From positions 70,308,001 through 70,372,000 of the forward strand of contig NC_043006.1 in the NCBI RefSeq assembly GCF_006345805.1: a stretch of 64,000 nt of DNA. Reading direction: 5' to 3'. The translations under genes and the position numbers were made by a program. The notes under the pieces are model-generated. The model saw only the letters and a program-made list of their open reading frames with translations, ran no database searches and was not told where the DNA came from. Origin of the DNA: Octopus sinensis. Taxonomy: Eukaryota. Shown here piece after piece: positions 1 to 12,266 of this stretch (positions are counted from its first letter, which is position 1; every line of letters starts with the position of its first letter).

Positions 1-127
1 AGGGAGGCAAGCTTCTTTCCACGCAGCCACACCTTCACCTATGAGATGAGGAAAGAAAATTGAACCAAAACCGTAATCGATATTGTGCCTAAGCGAAACC
101 GCGCAAAGCCAGTACCGTGTGAGTATA

Positions 128-261
<134 letters not shown>

Positions 262-727
262 CCAATAAAGTTGCCGAGTAATGTATTCTGTTCAAGTCCG
301 TTCATGATTAGCGCATTCCTTTCTCATATACCGTTGCATATAACATAGTACTTATACACACACGTATGTACACGATTATATCTATACACACTTTTGCACT
401 TACTACATTAGGTACATTTTATATCTCCAACAAAAACCTGTAAATTATGCAAAAATCAAGATAGAAATCTACTTGCCCATATATCTACTAATTTATTTAT
501 AATGATTCATCATACAGGGTCATCAGATATTTTGAAAACCCATTTAAGATGTATCAGTTGTTAAGCTTAGAATATTGGCGTCGCTGCGAAAAGAAAACGA
601 TATGATTAATTAGCAAGTTTTATCAGAGAAAGCGGGACCAAACTAATTCTTTTATCTTCTTAGACCTCGATAAAATTGTATGTTCATAAAAAAGAGAACT
701 TGCATTAAAATATACAAGCAAGTACAT

Positions 728-825
728 ATATGCACACATACATACATACATACATACATACATACATACATACATACATACATACATACACACATACATA
801 CATACATACATACATACATACAACA

Positions 826-855
<30 letters not shown>
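728..855. repeat. (TACA)n microsatellite
   Basis: Direct reading. Confidence 0.97.
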
Positions 856-856
<1 letters not shown>

Positions 857-955
857 CTTTTTGAAAATCAAAGAAAAAGAGGATATCTATGGACAAACTG
901 CTTCGAAACCCCTTGCTTCTATATCCAGATTATGAATTCATATTCATACCAATGT

Positions 956-1205
956 GGAAGCGCGTGGCTTAGTGGTTAGGGTGTCAGCATCATGATCGTA
1001 AGATTGTGGTTTCGATTCCTAGATCGGGCGACGCGTTGCGTTCTTGAGCAAAACACTTCATTTCACGCTGCTCCAGTCCACTCGGCTGGCAAAAATGACT
1101 AACGCTGCGATGGACTGGCGTCCCGTCCAGCTGGGGAAAACATACGCCATTGAAACGTGGAAACCGGGCCCATGAGTCTGGCCAGGCTTTAAAAGGGCGC
1201 ATTTA
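956..1205 (+). mobile_element. tRNA-derived SINE, family A
   Basis: A-box-like GTGGCTTAGTGG and B-box-like GGTTTCGATTCC, then a TTCTTGAGCAAAACACTT...CTCCAGTCCACTC domain. Related minus-strand copies lie near 12.3-12.6, 22.7-23.0, 50.8-51.0 and 59.8-60.0 kb. Confidence 0.8.
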
Positions 1206-1396
1206 TTTATATTTATTCATACCAATAATAATTGGAGCACTAGGTTTTGTTAGTAAATGCTTAAAAGAGAATCTAGATAAACTAGGATTTTCGGAAGAAT
1301 ATATTGACCAGCTAATTCGTACATTACAAGTGCAATCTGTGAGTGGAACAGTAAAGATATGAAAGACTTTTCACAAGTTCCAAATGTGAATTTATC

Positions 1397-1613
1397 TCTT
1401 TTACTTGTTTCAGTCATTTGACTGCGGCCATGCTGGAGCACCGCCTTTAATTTAACAAATCGACCCCAGGACTTATTCTTTGTAAGCCTAGTACTTATTC
1501 AATCGGTCTCTTTTGCCGAACCGCAAATTGACAGGGACGTAAACACACCACCATCGGTTGTCAAGAGATGTTGGGGGACAAACACAGACACACACACATA
1601 TACACACCCATGC

Positions 1614-1666
<53 letters not shown>

Positions 1667-1833
1667 GACGGGCTTCTTTCAGTTTCCGTCTACCAGATCC
1701 ACTCACAAGGCTTTGGGTGGCCCGAAGCTATAGTAGAAGACACTTGCCCAAGGTGCCACCATGTGATTGGTAAGCAAGCTACTTACCACACAGCCACTCC
1801 TGCGCCTAGCTACTTGCCACACAGCCACTCCTG
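1397..1833 (-). mobile_element. tRNA-derived SINE, family B (OR-type octopus SINE with central TA/TG microsatellite)
   Basis: Reverse complement of the element seen on plus at 19625, 23207 and 38522. Confidence 0.85.
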
Positions 1834-1953
1834 TTAACTACATCCCAAAGATGGAGCCTTGTATCTTTGTTGGAAACCGGGGTCCCTCGTCAGTGGAAGA
1901 TTTATAATACTTAAAAAATAGAAGAGACATACATATACATACATACATATATA

Positions 1954-2129
1954 CAGTGCCGGATTTAGGACAAATAAGACCCTGTGCTAGTTAAATTGTG
2001 AGGCCCCTTACGTGAACAGGGCTCCGTTGTGAGGCCCCTTACTTGGATAGGGCCCCGTTGACCAGGGACCCCTGGACAACGAGGGTCTGTGCTTAAGCAC
2101 ACCTAAGCACAAGGGTAAATCCGGCACGG
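1954..2129. mobile_element. hAT-like MITE
   Basis: 14-bp TIRs CAGTGCCGGATTTA / TAAATCCGGCACGG with 1 mismatch; degenerate 8-bp flanks CATATATA / CATTCATA. Confidence 0.7.
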
Positions 2130-2164
2130 CATTCATACATGCATACACACATACATTTTTTATC

Positions 2165-2530
2165 TTCGACTGGGGCCATGCTGGAGCACCGCCTTAAGGA
2201 ATTTTAGTCAAACAACTCAGCCCCAATACTTTTTTTTGTAAAGCCTGACACTTATTCTATCGGCCTCTTTTGCCGAACCGCTAAGTTACTGAAATACCAA
2301 CACCGGTTGTCAAGCGGTAGTGGGTGGTGGTGGTGGTGGTGGTGGTAGTGGTGGTGGTGGTGGTGGTGGTAGTGGTGGTGGTGGTGGTGGTGGTGTGGTG
2401 GTGTGGTGGTGGTGGTGGTGGTAGTGGTGGTGGTGGTGGTGGTGGTGGCGGTGGTGGTGGTGGTGGTGGACAGACACAGACAGATAGACAGACATACAGA
2501 CAGACAGACACAAACACACACACACACAGA
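2165..2530 (-). mobile_element. Family B SINE 3' half containing a (GGT)n tract (2322-2470)
   Basis: Shared GGCCATGCTGGAGCACCGCC and TTGCCGAACCGCTAAGTTAC blocks. Confidence 0.75.
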
Positions 2531-2718
2531 CGCGCGCGCATAGACAAGCTATTTTCCGTTATATTTTAAAGACATTCGTTATTTTTTTCGGTGATATACA
2601 CTGAACTGCAAAAGAAACGCGAGACGTGTGTGACTGTGAAATATGTTTTAATTTCATTATATCAGAGATAAATGAAGACGCATGGCTCAGTCGTTGGAGC
2701 GTCGGGCTCACAATTTAC

Positions 2719-3295
2719 GGCGGTGAGCTGGCAGAAACGTTGGCAAGTCGGGCGAAAGGCTTAGCGGTATTTCGTTTGCCGCTACGTTCTGAGTTCAAAT
2801 TCCGCCGAGGTCGACTTTGCCTTTCATCCTTTCGGGGTCGATAAATTAAGTACCAGTTAGGCACTGGGGTCGATGTAATCGACTTAATACCTATGTCTGT
2901 CTTTGTTTGTCCCCTCTGTGTTTAGCCCCTTGTGGGTAATAAAGAAATAGGTATTTCGTTTGCCGCTACGTTCTGAGTTCAAATTCCGCCGAGGTCGACT
3001 TTGCCTTTCATTCTTTCGGGGTCGATTAAATAAATACCAGTTACGCACTGGGGTCAATATAATCGACTTTATCCATTTGTCTGTCCTTGTTTGTCCCTTC
3101 TGTGTTTAGCCCCTTGTGGGTAGTAAAGAAATAGGTATTTCGTCTGTCTTTACGTTCAGAGCTCAAATTCCGCCGTGGTCAGCTTTGCCTTTCATCCTTT
3201 CAGGGTCGATAAATTAAGTACCAGTTGCATACTGGGTCGATCTAATCGACTGCCCCCCCTCCCCCAAAATTTCGGGCCTTGTTCCTAGAGTAGAA
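2719..3295 (+). mobile_element. Family C SINE (Deu/Nin-domain-like) with body repeated about 2.7 times in tandem
   Basis: Head GGCGGTGAGCTGGCAGAAACGTT, B-box GAGTTCAAATTCC, core GTCGACTTTGCCTTTCATCCTTTCGGGGTCGATAAATTAAGTACCAG; about 184-bp period. Confidence 0.85.
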
Positions 3296-3339
3296 AAAAT
3301 TATGTCTGAGATAAATTTTGATAAATCTAATAAAGTCGA

Positions 3340-4235
3340 TTTCTTGGATGCACTTTGACCACAGTCTATGGGTCGTTATCATATGTTCTGGCAGTGGGTG
3401 AATCCGCCATTTCGAGATTGTAGGGCGTGACATGTTCAATACAGTGTATGCCCTCCCTGGATGTTCAAAACGGCCAAACACCGTCGGTACATGGAGTGCA
3501 TGAGGCGGTTCGCAAAAGCCATTGGCACCTGTGTCTACACCCTGAGGAAAGCTGCCTCCAGTTCCACACGAGTTGTCGGCCTTGGTACCACCTGGTTCAG
3601 CTATCCCTGGGTTTCACCCCACAGATGTTTAATTAGGTTCAAATCCGGGCTAAGAACCGGCCACGGCATGGTTCCGATGTTGTGCTGACGCAGGAAGTCC
3701 ACGGTCACCCTGGCTGTGTTGGAGGCAGCATTGTCCTGCTGGAACACAAGGCTATGGTGATGCGCGAAGAAGGACACAAAGTGCAGTCTTAGGATCTGGC
3801 CAACGCAGTGCTGCGCTGTGACGCCATTCCTTCCGCCTGCACCGACATTTTGGAACAAATGGGGCCCAATTCTCTGATTTCGGCCTATAGCACCCCAACC
3901 CATGATGCTTTGGCCACCCCACGCGTCTCTCCCCCATGATACATGCGTCTCTGTAGCGTTCACCCCGTCCTACGCTACTCTCACTCTGCCATCCGAGGTG
4001 GAGACGTATTACTGGCTCTCGTCAGAGAAGACTATAGACCTCCATTGTTGATACTACCAATGTCGGTGCTGTGTAGCCCACTGGAGTCCTGCCTGACGGT
4101 GGTGGGCGGTGAGGACAGGCCCTCGAGTAGGACAACGGCATCGACATCGAACCGTGTCATCGCTGATGGGTGGCTATCCAGTGCCAATAGTCTCACGAGC
4201 TGTCACACTAGCCGGTCTGAAGCGATCACGAAGGT
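3340..4235 (-). mobile_element. Tc1 (DD34E-type) transposase pseudogene fragment
   Basis: Minus translation gives WRSIVFSDES, WGAIG, FQQDNA and WPVLSPDLNLIKHLW motifs, with stops and frameshifts. Confidence 0.85.
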
Positions 4236-4248
4236 TTATCGTGATTTT

Positions 4249-4580
4249 GACGGCGACCTGGCAGAAACGTTGGCACGCCGGACGAAATGCTTAGCAGTAT
4301 TTCATCTGTCGTTACGTTCTGAGGTCAAATTCCGCCGAGGTCGACTTTGCCTTTCATCATTTCGGGGTCGATTAAATAAGTACCAGTTACGCACAGGAGT
4401 CGATATAATCGACTTAATCCGTTTGTCTGTCCTTGTTTGTCCCCTCTGTATTTAGCCCCTTGTGGGTAGTAAAGAAATAGGTATTTCGTCTGCTGTTATG
4501 TTCTGAGTTCAAATTCCGCCGAGGTCGACTTTGCCTTTCATCCTTTCGGGGTCGATTAAATAAGTACCAGTTACGCACTA
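4249..4580 (+). mobile_element. Family C SINE, tandem body (about 1.5 units)
   Basis: Same core as 2719; same AAAGAAATAG|GTATTTCGT junction. Confidence 0.85.
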
Positions 4581-4929
4581 GTGTAATAATATTTATTACC
4601 AAACTAACAAGGCAATCTAGAGAAATAGGACGAATGCTGCAGTTGATTAGCTCCGAAAGGCGATCGCCTCTAGCTAGCTACATGACGCACGAACCTGCGT
4701 CTATAAACCTTCGAACAGGAGAGTTCATCAATTTCTTTTTGCTTGCTTGGCAGCCACAGACCAGTTCGTAAGAGGAATTCCCCCAATACTAAGATTGCTA
4801 TCTAAACTAATAACCTTAGATATACTTTTAAAAATAAGCATAGTTTTATTGTCCTTGATGTTATTTGTCGGAAAACTTACAAAGTTTTTTATTTTTGCTT
4901 AAATTTAACCATAATAATGATAATAATAA

Positions 4930-5102
4930 TCCTTTCTACTGTTGGCACAAGGCCTGACGTTTTGGGAGAGCGGGCGAGCCGATTACATCGACTTCAGTAC
5001 ATAACTGGTACTTGTTGTATCGACTCCGAAAGGAGGAAAGGTAAAGTCGACTTCGGCGGAATTTGAACTCAGAACGTAGCGACGGGCGAAATGCTGCTAA
5101 GT
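4930..5102 (-). mobile_element. Family C SINE
   Basis: Reverse complement of the family C core. Confidence 0.75.
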
Positions 5103-5724
5103 ATTATATCTGAAGCCAAAACTTTCAGATAGAGACCGTTGGACTCTTACGCGAATTGTTGGTAACAGCCAAAAGAAGCATTTGACCCAGACTGCCTTCT
5201 TCCAACTGTTAAACATGGAGGAGGATCTGTGATAATCTGGGGGGGGGCTATATCTTGGAAATCCGTCGGCCCAATGGTTTCCCTTCATGGCAGAATTAAT
5301 AGTCAAGACTATTTAAGCATTTTATCTCATCAAATTCATCATATGGTTGCGAAACTGTTTCCCGAGGAAAATGCAATCTTTCAGGGTGATAATGCACCAA
5401 TTCACACTGCTAAAGTTGTTACTGAATTGCACGAGGAACATTTTAGTGAAGTTGAACATCATATCTGGCCACCACAGCCCCCAAATCTCAATATTATTGA
5501 ACATTTATGGTGCATTTTAGATATCCTCCACCATCATCACTACAACTGGAGACTGTTTTAGTTGAAGAATGAACAAAAATTTCTTTGGAAACAATTCAAA
5601 CTTTGTACGAGTCCATACCTCGTAGAATTCAAGCTGTAATTACTATCTAAAGCGGTCCTACCCCATATTAAAATTAATTTGTTTGAAATTTTAAGGTAGT
5701 TCCATTAATTTTGTTCAACCCCTG
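5103..5724 (+). mobile_element. Tc1 transposase 3' fragment with right terminus
   Basis: WGAIS, FQGDNAPIH and WPPQPPNLNIIEHLW motifs; ends ...CAACCCCTG followed by TA. Confidence 0.85.
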
Positions 5725-5726
5725 TA

Positions 5727-6001
5727 TATATCGTTGCTATTATGTTAAACTATCGTATGTCCAAATTTGGCCATATGCGTTGTTTTTTTTTTTGTTCTTT
5801 TTTTCCATATTTATTTTTGCTTGCAATAGCCAGTTCTTTTGGTCAAACTATCGTATCTCCAGCTGCTTCAGATGCCAAGATCTCAAAAATTGTCGAAGTG
5901 TATTACAACGGTTTTGCTATGGAATGGTGAAACTATTTTTTCGTTTTCTGAAAAAGCAACGTTTTGAACTTACGACACTTTTGCATAATAGCAACGATAT
6001 A
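5727..6001. mobile_element. MITE with 18-bp-plus TIRs
   Basis: TATATCGTTGCTATTATG at 5727 and CATAATAGCAACGATATA ending at 6001. Confidence 0.65.
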
Positions 6002-6046
6002 AACATATGTAAAATCCATTATTATCAATGTAGTAGGAACAATTTA

Positions 6047-6267
6047 AGGTAGCGAGCTGGCAGTATCGTTAGCACGTCTGGCAAAATGCTTTGCGGCATT
6101 TCGCCCGTCTTTACGCTCTGAGCTCAAATACCACCGAGGTCAACTTTGCCTTTCATCCTTTCGGGGATCAATAAAATAAGTACCTGTTACGCACTGAGGT
6201 CGATGTAATTGATTTATCCCTTTCCCCGAAATTGTTGGCCTTGTATCAAAATCTGAAACTATTATAT
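6047..6267 (+). mobile_element. Family C SINE with target-site duplication
   Basis: TAGGAACAATT at 6034-6044 and 6268-6278. Confidence 0.8.
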
Positions 6268-7960
6268 TAGGAACAATTATTTCTATTCTTATATTCGTTT
6301 GTCCTTAAACACAGAATGTCTATTCCTGTATTCGTTTGTCCGTAGACACGGGGCCCACAGTTCTCGGATTCTGTTTCGCGGACGTTGATCCTTGCCAACA
6401 TTACAGACATGTGGTGAGCACAAAATGAGGGAAGGAAAACGGTTCAAACATACTTAAAGATATATGTGAGAGATTGAGATATGGAAGTATTTGTAAGATA
6501 GACTGGAGCGAGAACGCATTGGATGAAATATTTAATAAGGGAACGAGGGATAACGAAGTGGGGTCATACTGGAATAGTGAGTGTTTGGGGTTTGATAATG
6601 TTGGAAGTGTGATATAAGGGATAATATCAATGTGGTTCTCACAACTAACATCCCTTTCACTTTATACCCTTCGATCTGAAGGGAGCAACGCATACTCGAA
6701 GACAATCAAGCTAGGAATTGCTAGAAATAGGAGTCAAACTGTAACAAATAACGCTGTACCGTTTTGAGGAATATATAGGGTTGTGTAATCCCTGAGATTA
6801 GAAAAAGAATGATCACCATTAGGACACCTTTCATTTTATGCCTGATTGATCAAGACTGCCCTGAGTTAAACAAGAAACAATACCACTGAAGAAAGTCTGA
6901 CTCAACGGTGCAACTTCAAAAGGCTAACGATAACACCAATGCTTTTTAAAGGAATACCTATTAAGGTCCTCTACTAACATTATGTCAACGTCCCCTAAAA
7001 CTGTAGTAAGTTACAGTTTATGAAGTCCTACAAAAGAGGGACCATGGTTGAGAAGATGCGCAATACTCGCAGGTTGCAAATACAAGGCTGAATAGCTATC
7101 CTGGTTTCGCTCTGGTATGTAGATGAAGGCGAAACTTATTGTCCTGGTTATGTGATCAATAACCCTCCTAACTGACATTATTATTAATTTGATACAACTG
7201 TTAGTACATGTTGGTCATTGTGCATTCTAAACCTCATTAATTATAAACCGATCGATTGATTGATAAATTATAAATCTCCAGTCCATTAACACCAAGAACA
7301 CAATGGCCGAGCTCTTTTACCACCACTGTCACAGCTGCTACTTCTCTGAACCAACAAACTGTGTACCACCTCAAACTTTTTCCTATCAAGACACTACAAT
7401 CATTGATCCACTCTGTCTGCTCTATCCCTGCCTTCTACTTCTACTATCACAGTTGCTGCTCTTCTAGTCTCACCAGCTATAAACCATTATACCATTTCAA
7501 ACCTTCTCTCATCATTACATACATATACAGACACACTAACATACTGTGTCCTCTCTCTGTCGCAACAGCCCACGCTACAGCAGCTTATGCATTCCCAGAC
7601 CGGGCGTTGTGTGTGTTTATTGAGCGAAAACACCTAAAGCTCCACGAGGCTCCGGCACGGGGTTGTGGCGACCCCTGTTGTACTCTTTCGCCCCAACTTT
7701 CTCTCACTCTTTCTTCCTGTTTCTTGTCCCCGACTTCCTACGCAACCGCTTAGCCTGGATGCGCATTCATCCATCCGTCGATGCTCTCGGTGTCGGGGGT
7801 TGACCTGCTTTCTCTTCTGCGGGTCTTACGAATAGCAAAGGACCACGTTTCGGACTTCTCCCATCTTGCGAGCTCTGGGACGAAGACCGTTCGCTCAACA
7901 GCAACAGCAGCAGCTTATGCGATTCTTAACTAGTAAGCAATCTACTGCCCTCGGGGCAAG

Positions 7961-8110
7961 CACTAGCGTAGCTAGTGGGTGGGGCCGTGGGGACGGTCTT
8001 CCCCGGGCGGCACTTTTGTGTCTGTTGAGGTAATATGTGTTTTTCGTGGTGTCCGGGGACGGCAAACCGAAGGGCCGCCCCGGGCGGCACACACTGTAAC
8101 AACGCTAGTG
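7961..8110. mobile_element. GC-rich hAT-like MITE
   Basis: CACTAGCGT / ACGCTAGTG termini; target duplication unclear. Confidence 0.45.
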
Positions 8111-8327
8111 CCGCAAGTCCACCTAATTCATAAGTCTCTTCTTTCTTTGTATTTTCTGCCATGTTTCACTCTTCGGTTCCAAACATGAACCAATTATTTC
8201 GCCCGATCTTTTCTCCACAAAGGTCCTGAAAATCTGGAATTCTCTTTCGGTTCATGTTTTTTCAACAAAGATCAACATACGGAGGGTGAAGTTGCACATC
8301 GACTCACGTCACCTCAGCAGTCTAGAA

Positions 8328-8492
8328 CGGTGCTCCGCAACCGGTATGCTGTGGCATACTAGTGTGCCGCGAGACGATGTTAGGTGTACCGCAGGGTAAC
8401 CAGAATATAATTTTTCCCCTTTATTTTAAGTTACACTTTTAGTTCAGGTGAATATAAATGTGCCGCAAGGGAAAAAAGGCTGCGGAGCACTG
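8328..8492. mobile_element. hAT (Charlie-type) MITE
   Basis: TIRs CGGTGCTCCGCAACC / GGCTGCGGAGCACTG; 8-bp TSD GTCTAGAA / CTCTAGAA. Confidence 0.8.
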
Positions 8493-8648
8493 CTCTAGAA
8501 GGAACAGTGTGAATATAGTAATTATAAGAAGCAGTGAAAGAGAATATTTAGAGACAATTAAAATCGAAATAAAAGGGCATTGTAGCAGGAGAGTGAATCA
8601 GGGAGAGAAAGTGAGAGGGGGTAAGACAGACAGACAGAAGAAGAGGGA

Positions 8649-8935
8649 GATGGCGGCAACGTTAGCGCGGCGAGCGTGCCGAGCGTGCCGGGCGTGCCGG
8701 GCGCGCAGGGCGTTAGCGCGCCGGGCGAAATGCTTAGCGGTATTTCGTCTGCCGTTACGTTCTGAGTTCAAATTCCGCCGAGGTCGACTTTGCCTTTCAT
8801 CCTTTCAGGGTCGATTAAATAAGTACCGGTTACGCACTGAGGTCGATGTAATCGACTTAATAATCCGTTTGTCTGTCCTTGTTTGTCCCCTCTATGTTTA
8901 GCTCCTTGTGGACAATAAAGAAATAAAGAAATAAA
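8649..8935 (+). mobile_element. Family C SINE with 9-bp GC-rich expansion in its head
   Basis: GAGCGTGCC/GGGCGTGCC repeats precede the normal body. Confidence 0.8.
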
Positions 8936-9269
8936 TAAGAAAAAGAGGGAGATAAAGAGAATTAAAGAAGGGTGCCTATAGCTTTTGTTTAAAAGCAATG
9001 AGTGGGTGAGAGAGGCTTTGTTTACGAAAGATAATGTTTACTACAGAGTGGCCTTGATAACATGAATATAGATAAATGACAGTTTTCTCTCGATAATAAT
9101 GCTGATGGCACCAAATTCCTCGCATTCACGCCATCAACAGACGGAAGCGAAATATGGCAAGACTTTTTTTCTTTTTCTTTTTTCTTTTTCTGAAGTTCAG
9201 CATTTTATTGAATCGTTTCGTAGTTTTGTTTGAATTTCAACAAAACTAACACCACCGACAACTTGGCAT

Positions 9270-9318
9270 CATCTCCATCTTCTCCTCGTCCTCGTCCTCC
9301 TCCTTCTTCTTCTTCTTC

Positions 9319-9369
<51 letters not shown>

Positions 9370-10035
9370 TTTTTCCTCTCCTCGTCTTCTTCTGATTCTC
9401 CTTCTTCCTTCTCTTCTTCTTCTCATTCTCCTTCTTCCTCTGCTCCTCTTCTTCCGCTTCCTCTGCTCCTCTTCTTCCGCTTCCTCTGCTCCTCTTCTTC
9501 CGCTTCCTCTGCTCCTCTTCTTCTTTCTCCTCTTCTCGTTCTTCTCCTTCCCATCTCCTTCTCCTTCCTCCTCTTCTTCTTCCTCTTCTGCTTCTTCCTC
9601 TTTTCCTTCCGCCTCCTCTCCTTCTTCCTTTTCTTCTTCTCATTCTCCTTCTTCCTCTGCTCCTCTTCTTCCGCTTCCTCCTCCTCTTCTTCTTTCTCCT
9701 CTTCTCGTTCTTCTCCTTCCCATCTCCTTCTCCTTCCTCCTCTTCTTCTTCCTCTTCTGCTTCTTCCTCTTTTCCTTCCACCTCCTCTCCTTCTTCCTCC
9801 TCCTCTTCTTCTTATTCCGCTTCCTCCTCCTCTCCTTATTCTTCATCTTCTTCTTCTTCTTCTTCCTCCTCTCCTTCTTCCTCCTCCGCTTCCTCCACCT
9901 CTCCTTATTCCTCCTCCTCTTCTTCTTCCACTTCCTCCTCTTCTTCTCGTTTCTCTTCTTCGTTTTCTTCTTTTTTCCTTCTTCTCCTCCTCCTCCTCCG
10001 CCTACACATCGCCCCCCCCCCTCTTCCTCTTTGTC
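9270..10035. repeat. Polypyrimidine (CTT/CCT)n low-complexity tract with (TAT)n at about 9318-9368
   Basis: Direct reading; it produces the S/L/F- and E/R/K-rich spurious ORFs. Confidence 0.95.
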
Positions 10036-10509
10036 ATGCATGTTATATGTGAGCGTATCAGTGTCTCTCTGTCCCTGAGTGTCTATGTGTGTATGTGTCT
10101 GCATTTGTATTTGCGTATGTATGTGTTTGTTTCTGTCAGTCTACATTCAATGTTTGTGTCTACCTTTGTGTGCACAAGTATAAATGTGTGTGTGCGTGTG
10201 TGCGCGCGCACTTATGTATGTGTTTGCGCGCTTGTGTCTATGTGTGTATGCGTGCCTGTGCGCTCGCGCATTGTTCCTTTAAAATAGGGCTGAGAATATT
10301 TCAAGTCTGTTACAACAGATTTTAGATGTAATAATAAAGTACTACTACTACCGCTGCTGCTGCTGCTACTACTACTACTACTACTTGCAAGCTTGCAATG
10401 CGTGTGTGCGCGCACTCGTACTTGTAATTGTTATTTTAGTAAATAAATAAATAATATAATGTCTAAAAGTTGATGAACTACCTATTGATCCCCTCCATTT
10501 TCTTATTGC

Positions 10510-10524
<15 letters not shown>

Positions 10525-10576
<52 letters not shown>

Positions 10577-10906
10577 CACCAGCCCTCTTTCACACGCACA
10601 TACGCACTCTCTTACACACACGCGCACCTTCATTTTCGGATCACTACTACCTTGTTATCTCCCCTACTTCTTTGCACTCCTGTGTGACCCTTCTGTCCGG
10701 CATTCGCCATGATAGATCAGTAGCCACTACGCACATTTTTTTCTCTCCTTGTTTCTCTTCTTGTTTCTTTCTGTGTTCCTTTCTGTGGCAGAGCGTAGGC
10801 TCGAAACGTTAAAGACTTTTTTCAATTCCCGAGCGTTATACTAATACATCTGTTTGTTTTCTACACCACCTGTCTTCGTCTTTTGTTTTTTTTCGCGAAT
10901 TCTCTT

Positions 10907-10945
<39 letters not shown>

Positions 10946-11290
10946 TGTATCACCAGCCCTCTTTCACACGCACATACGCACTCTCTTACACACACGCGCA
11001 CCTTCATTTTCGGATCACTACTACCTTGTTATCTCCCCTACTTCTTTGCACTCCTGTGTGACCCTTCTGTCCGGCATTCGCCATGATAGATCAGTAGCCA
11101 CTACGCACATTTTTTTCTCTCCTTGTTTCTCTTCTTGTTTCTTCTGTGTTCCTTTCTGTGGCAGAGCGTAGGCTCGAAACGTTAAAGACTTTTTTCAATT
11201 CCCGAGCGTTATACTAATACATCTGTTTGTTTTCTACACCACCTGTCTTCGTCTTTTGTTTTTTTTTTCGCGAATTCTCTTTATATATAT
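10525..11290 (+). repeat. Two tandem about 373-bp units, each (TG)n plus a body with a hammerhead-like scaffold
   Basis: ATCACCAGCCCTC at 10575 and 10949; GAAACGTT at 10803 and 11176. Confidence 0.9.
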
Positions 11291-11349
11291 GTGTGTGTGT
11301 GTGTGTGTGTAAATATATTTATTTATATATATATGTGTGTGTGTGTGTG

Positions 11350-11407
<58 letters not shown>

Positions 11408-11420
11408 CATACATACATAC

Positions 11421-11479
<59 letters not shown>

Positions 11480-11497
<18 letters not shown>

Positions 11498-11991
11498 TGT
11501 AGTTGTGTGAGTGTCTGTCCCCTTCGATTTAGATTCCTAACTACTCCCACATTTTGCGGTGCAGTTTAACCAAATTCGGGTATCTTATAGTCGTGATTCA
11601 TATCGAGCCCGTCTGGCTACTAGCGCGCGTCTACGATGAGTCTACGATTTTAAAAATAATTTAACATCATTTTTTATTCCATTTTAATGCATAATTTTTC
11701 GTGTGTCGATGGCGGTGGAGTTGGCGTCCACGCTCACAGCTGTACCTGTTTGCTTCTCCCCCTTCCCTCCCTCGTGAAGCTGTGGGGAAGGGAGTGTAAA
11801 GAAATCAACGTCGTAATGCGTTGTCAAGGAGACCAGCGTTCTTTTAAAACAACGACTTCATGGCTTGAAGACACCAAAACAGAAATGGCTAAGAAAGCCC
11901 GAATTGGCATCTATAAGAGAAGTAACTCTCTAAAAATGCTTATATAGTTATTTCCCTTACAAACCCGAGCAACGCCGGGCGATACTGCTAG
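11480..11991 (+). mobile_element. Non-autonomous Helitron
   Basis: 3' hairpin CCCGAGCAACGCCGGG (11964-11979), then CTAG (11988-11991) followed by T; 5' end merges into (TA)n; homologous to 54219-57495. Confidence 0.85.
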
Positions 11992-12034
11992 TATACATAT
12001 ATATATATGCACAGTATGTGACCTCGTGAGTATC

Positions 12035-12222
12035 ACTGGCGATTTTTTTTCCTCTGTCTTCCCTTCTCGGGATCTTTCCTTCTCCTATGTTTCCGACGAA
12101 GAGCTCCGCTCGAAACGTTAAACCCTCCTTCTTCCCTTCTTTCCTGAGCGTCCAATAATACTTTATTTGTTCCACGTCCTTGCGTTGTTGTGTTTTTTTG
12201 TTTTCTTGTTTGGATTAACTTT
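12035..12222 (+). mobile_element. Short pyrimidine-rich repeat with hammerhead-like motif (Penelope pLTR-like)
   Basis: Second copy at about 39400-39600; both lie beside (TA)n. Confidence 0.65.
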
Positions 12223-12231
12223 ATATATATA

Positions 12232-12264
<33 letters not shown>

Positions 12265-12266
<2 letters not shown>

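Noticed and set aside
6290-7280. Unique-looking 1-kb stretch, possibly a decayed retroelement (AKPG*L on minus)
   Set aside because: Only one weak motif; not classifiable by eye.
9230-10104. 282-aa and 170-aa ORFs
   Set aside because: Products of the CTT/CCT tract with no domain content.
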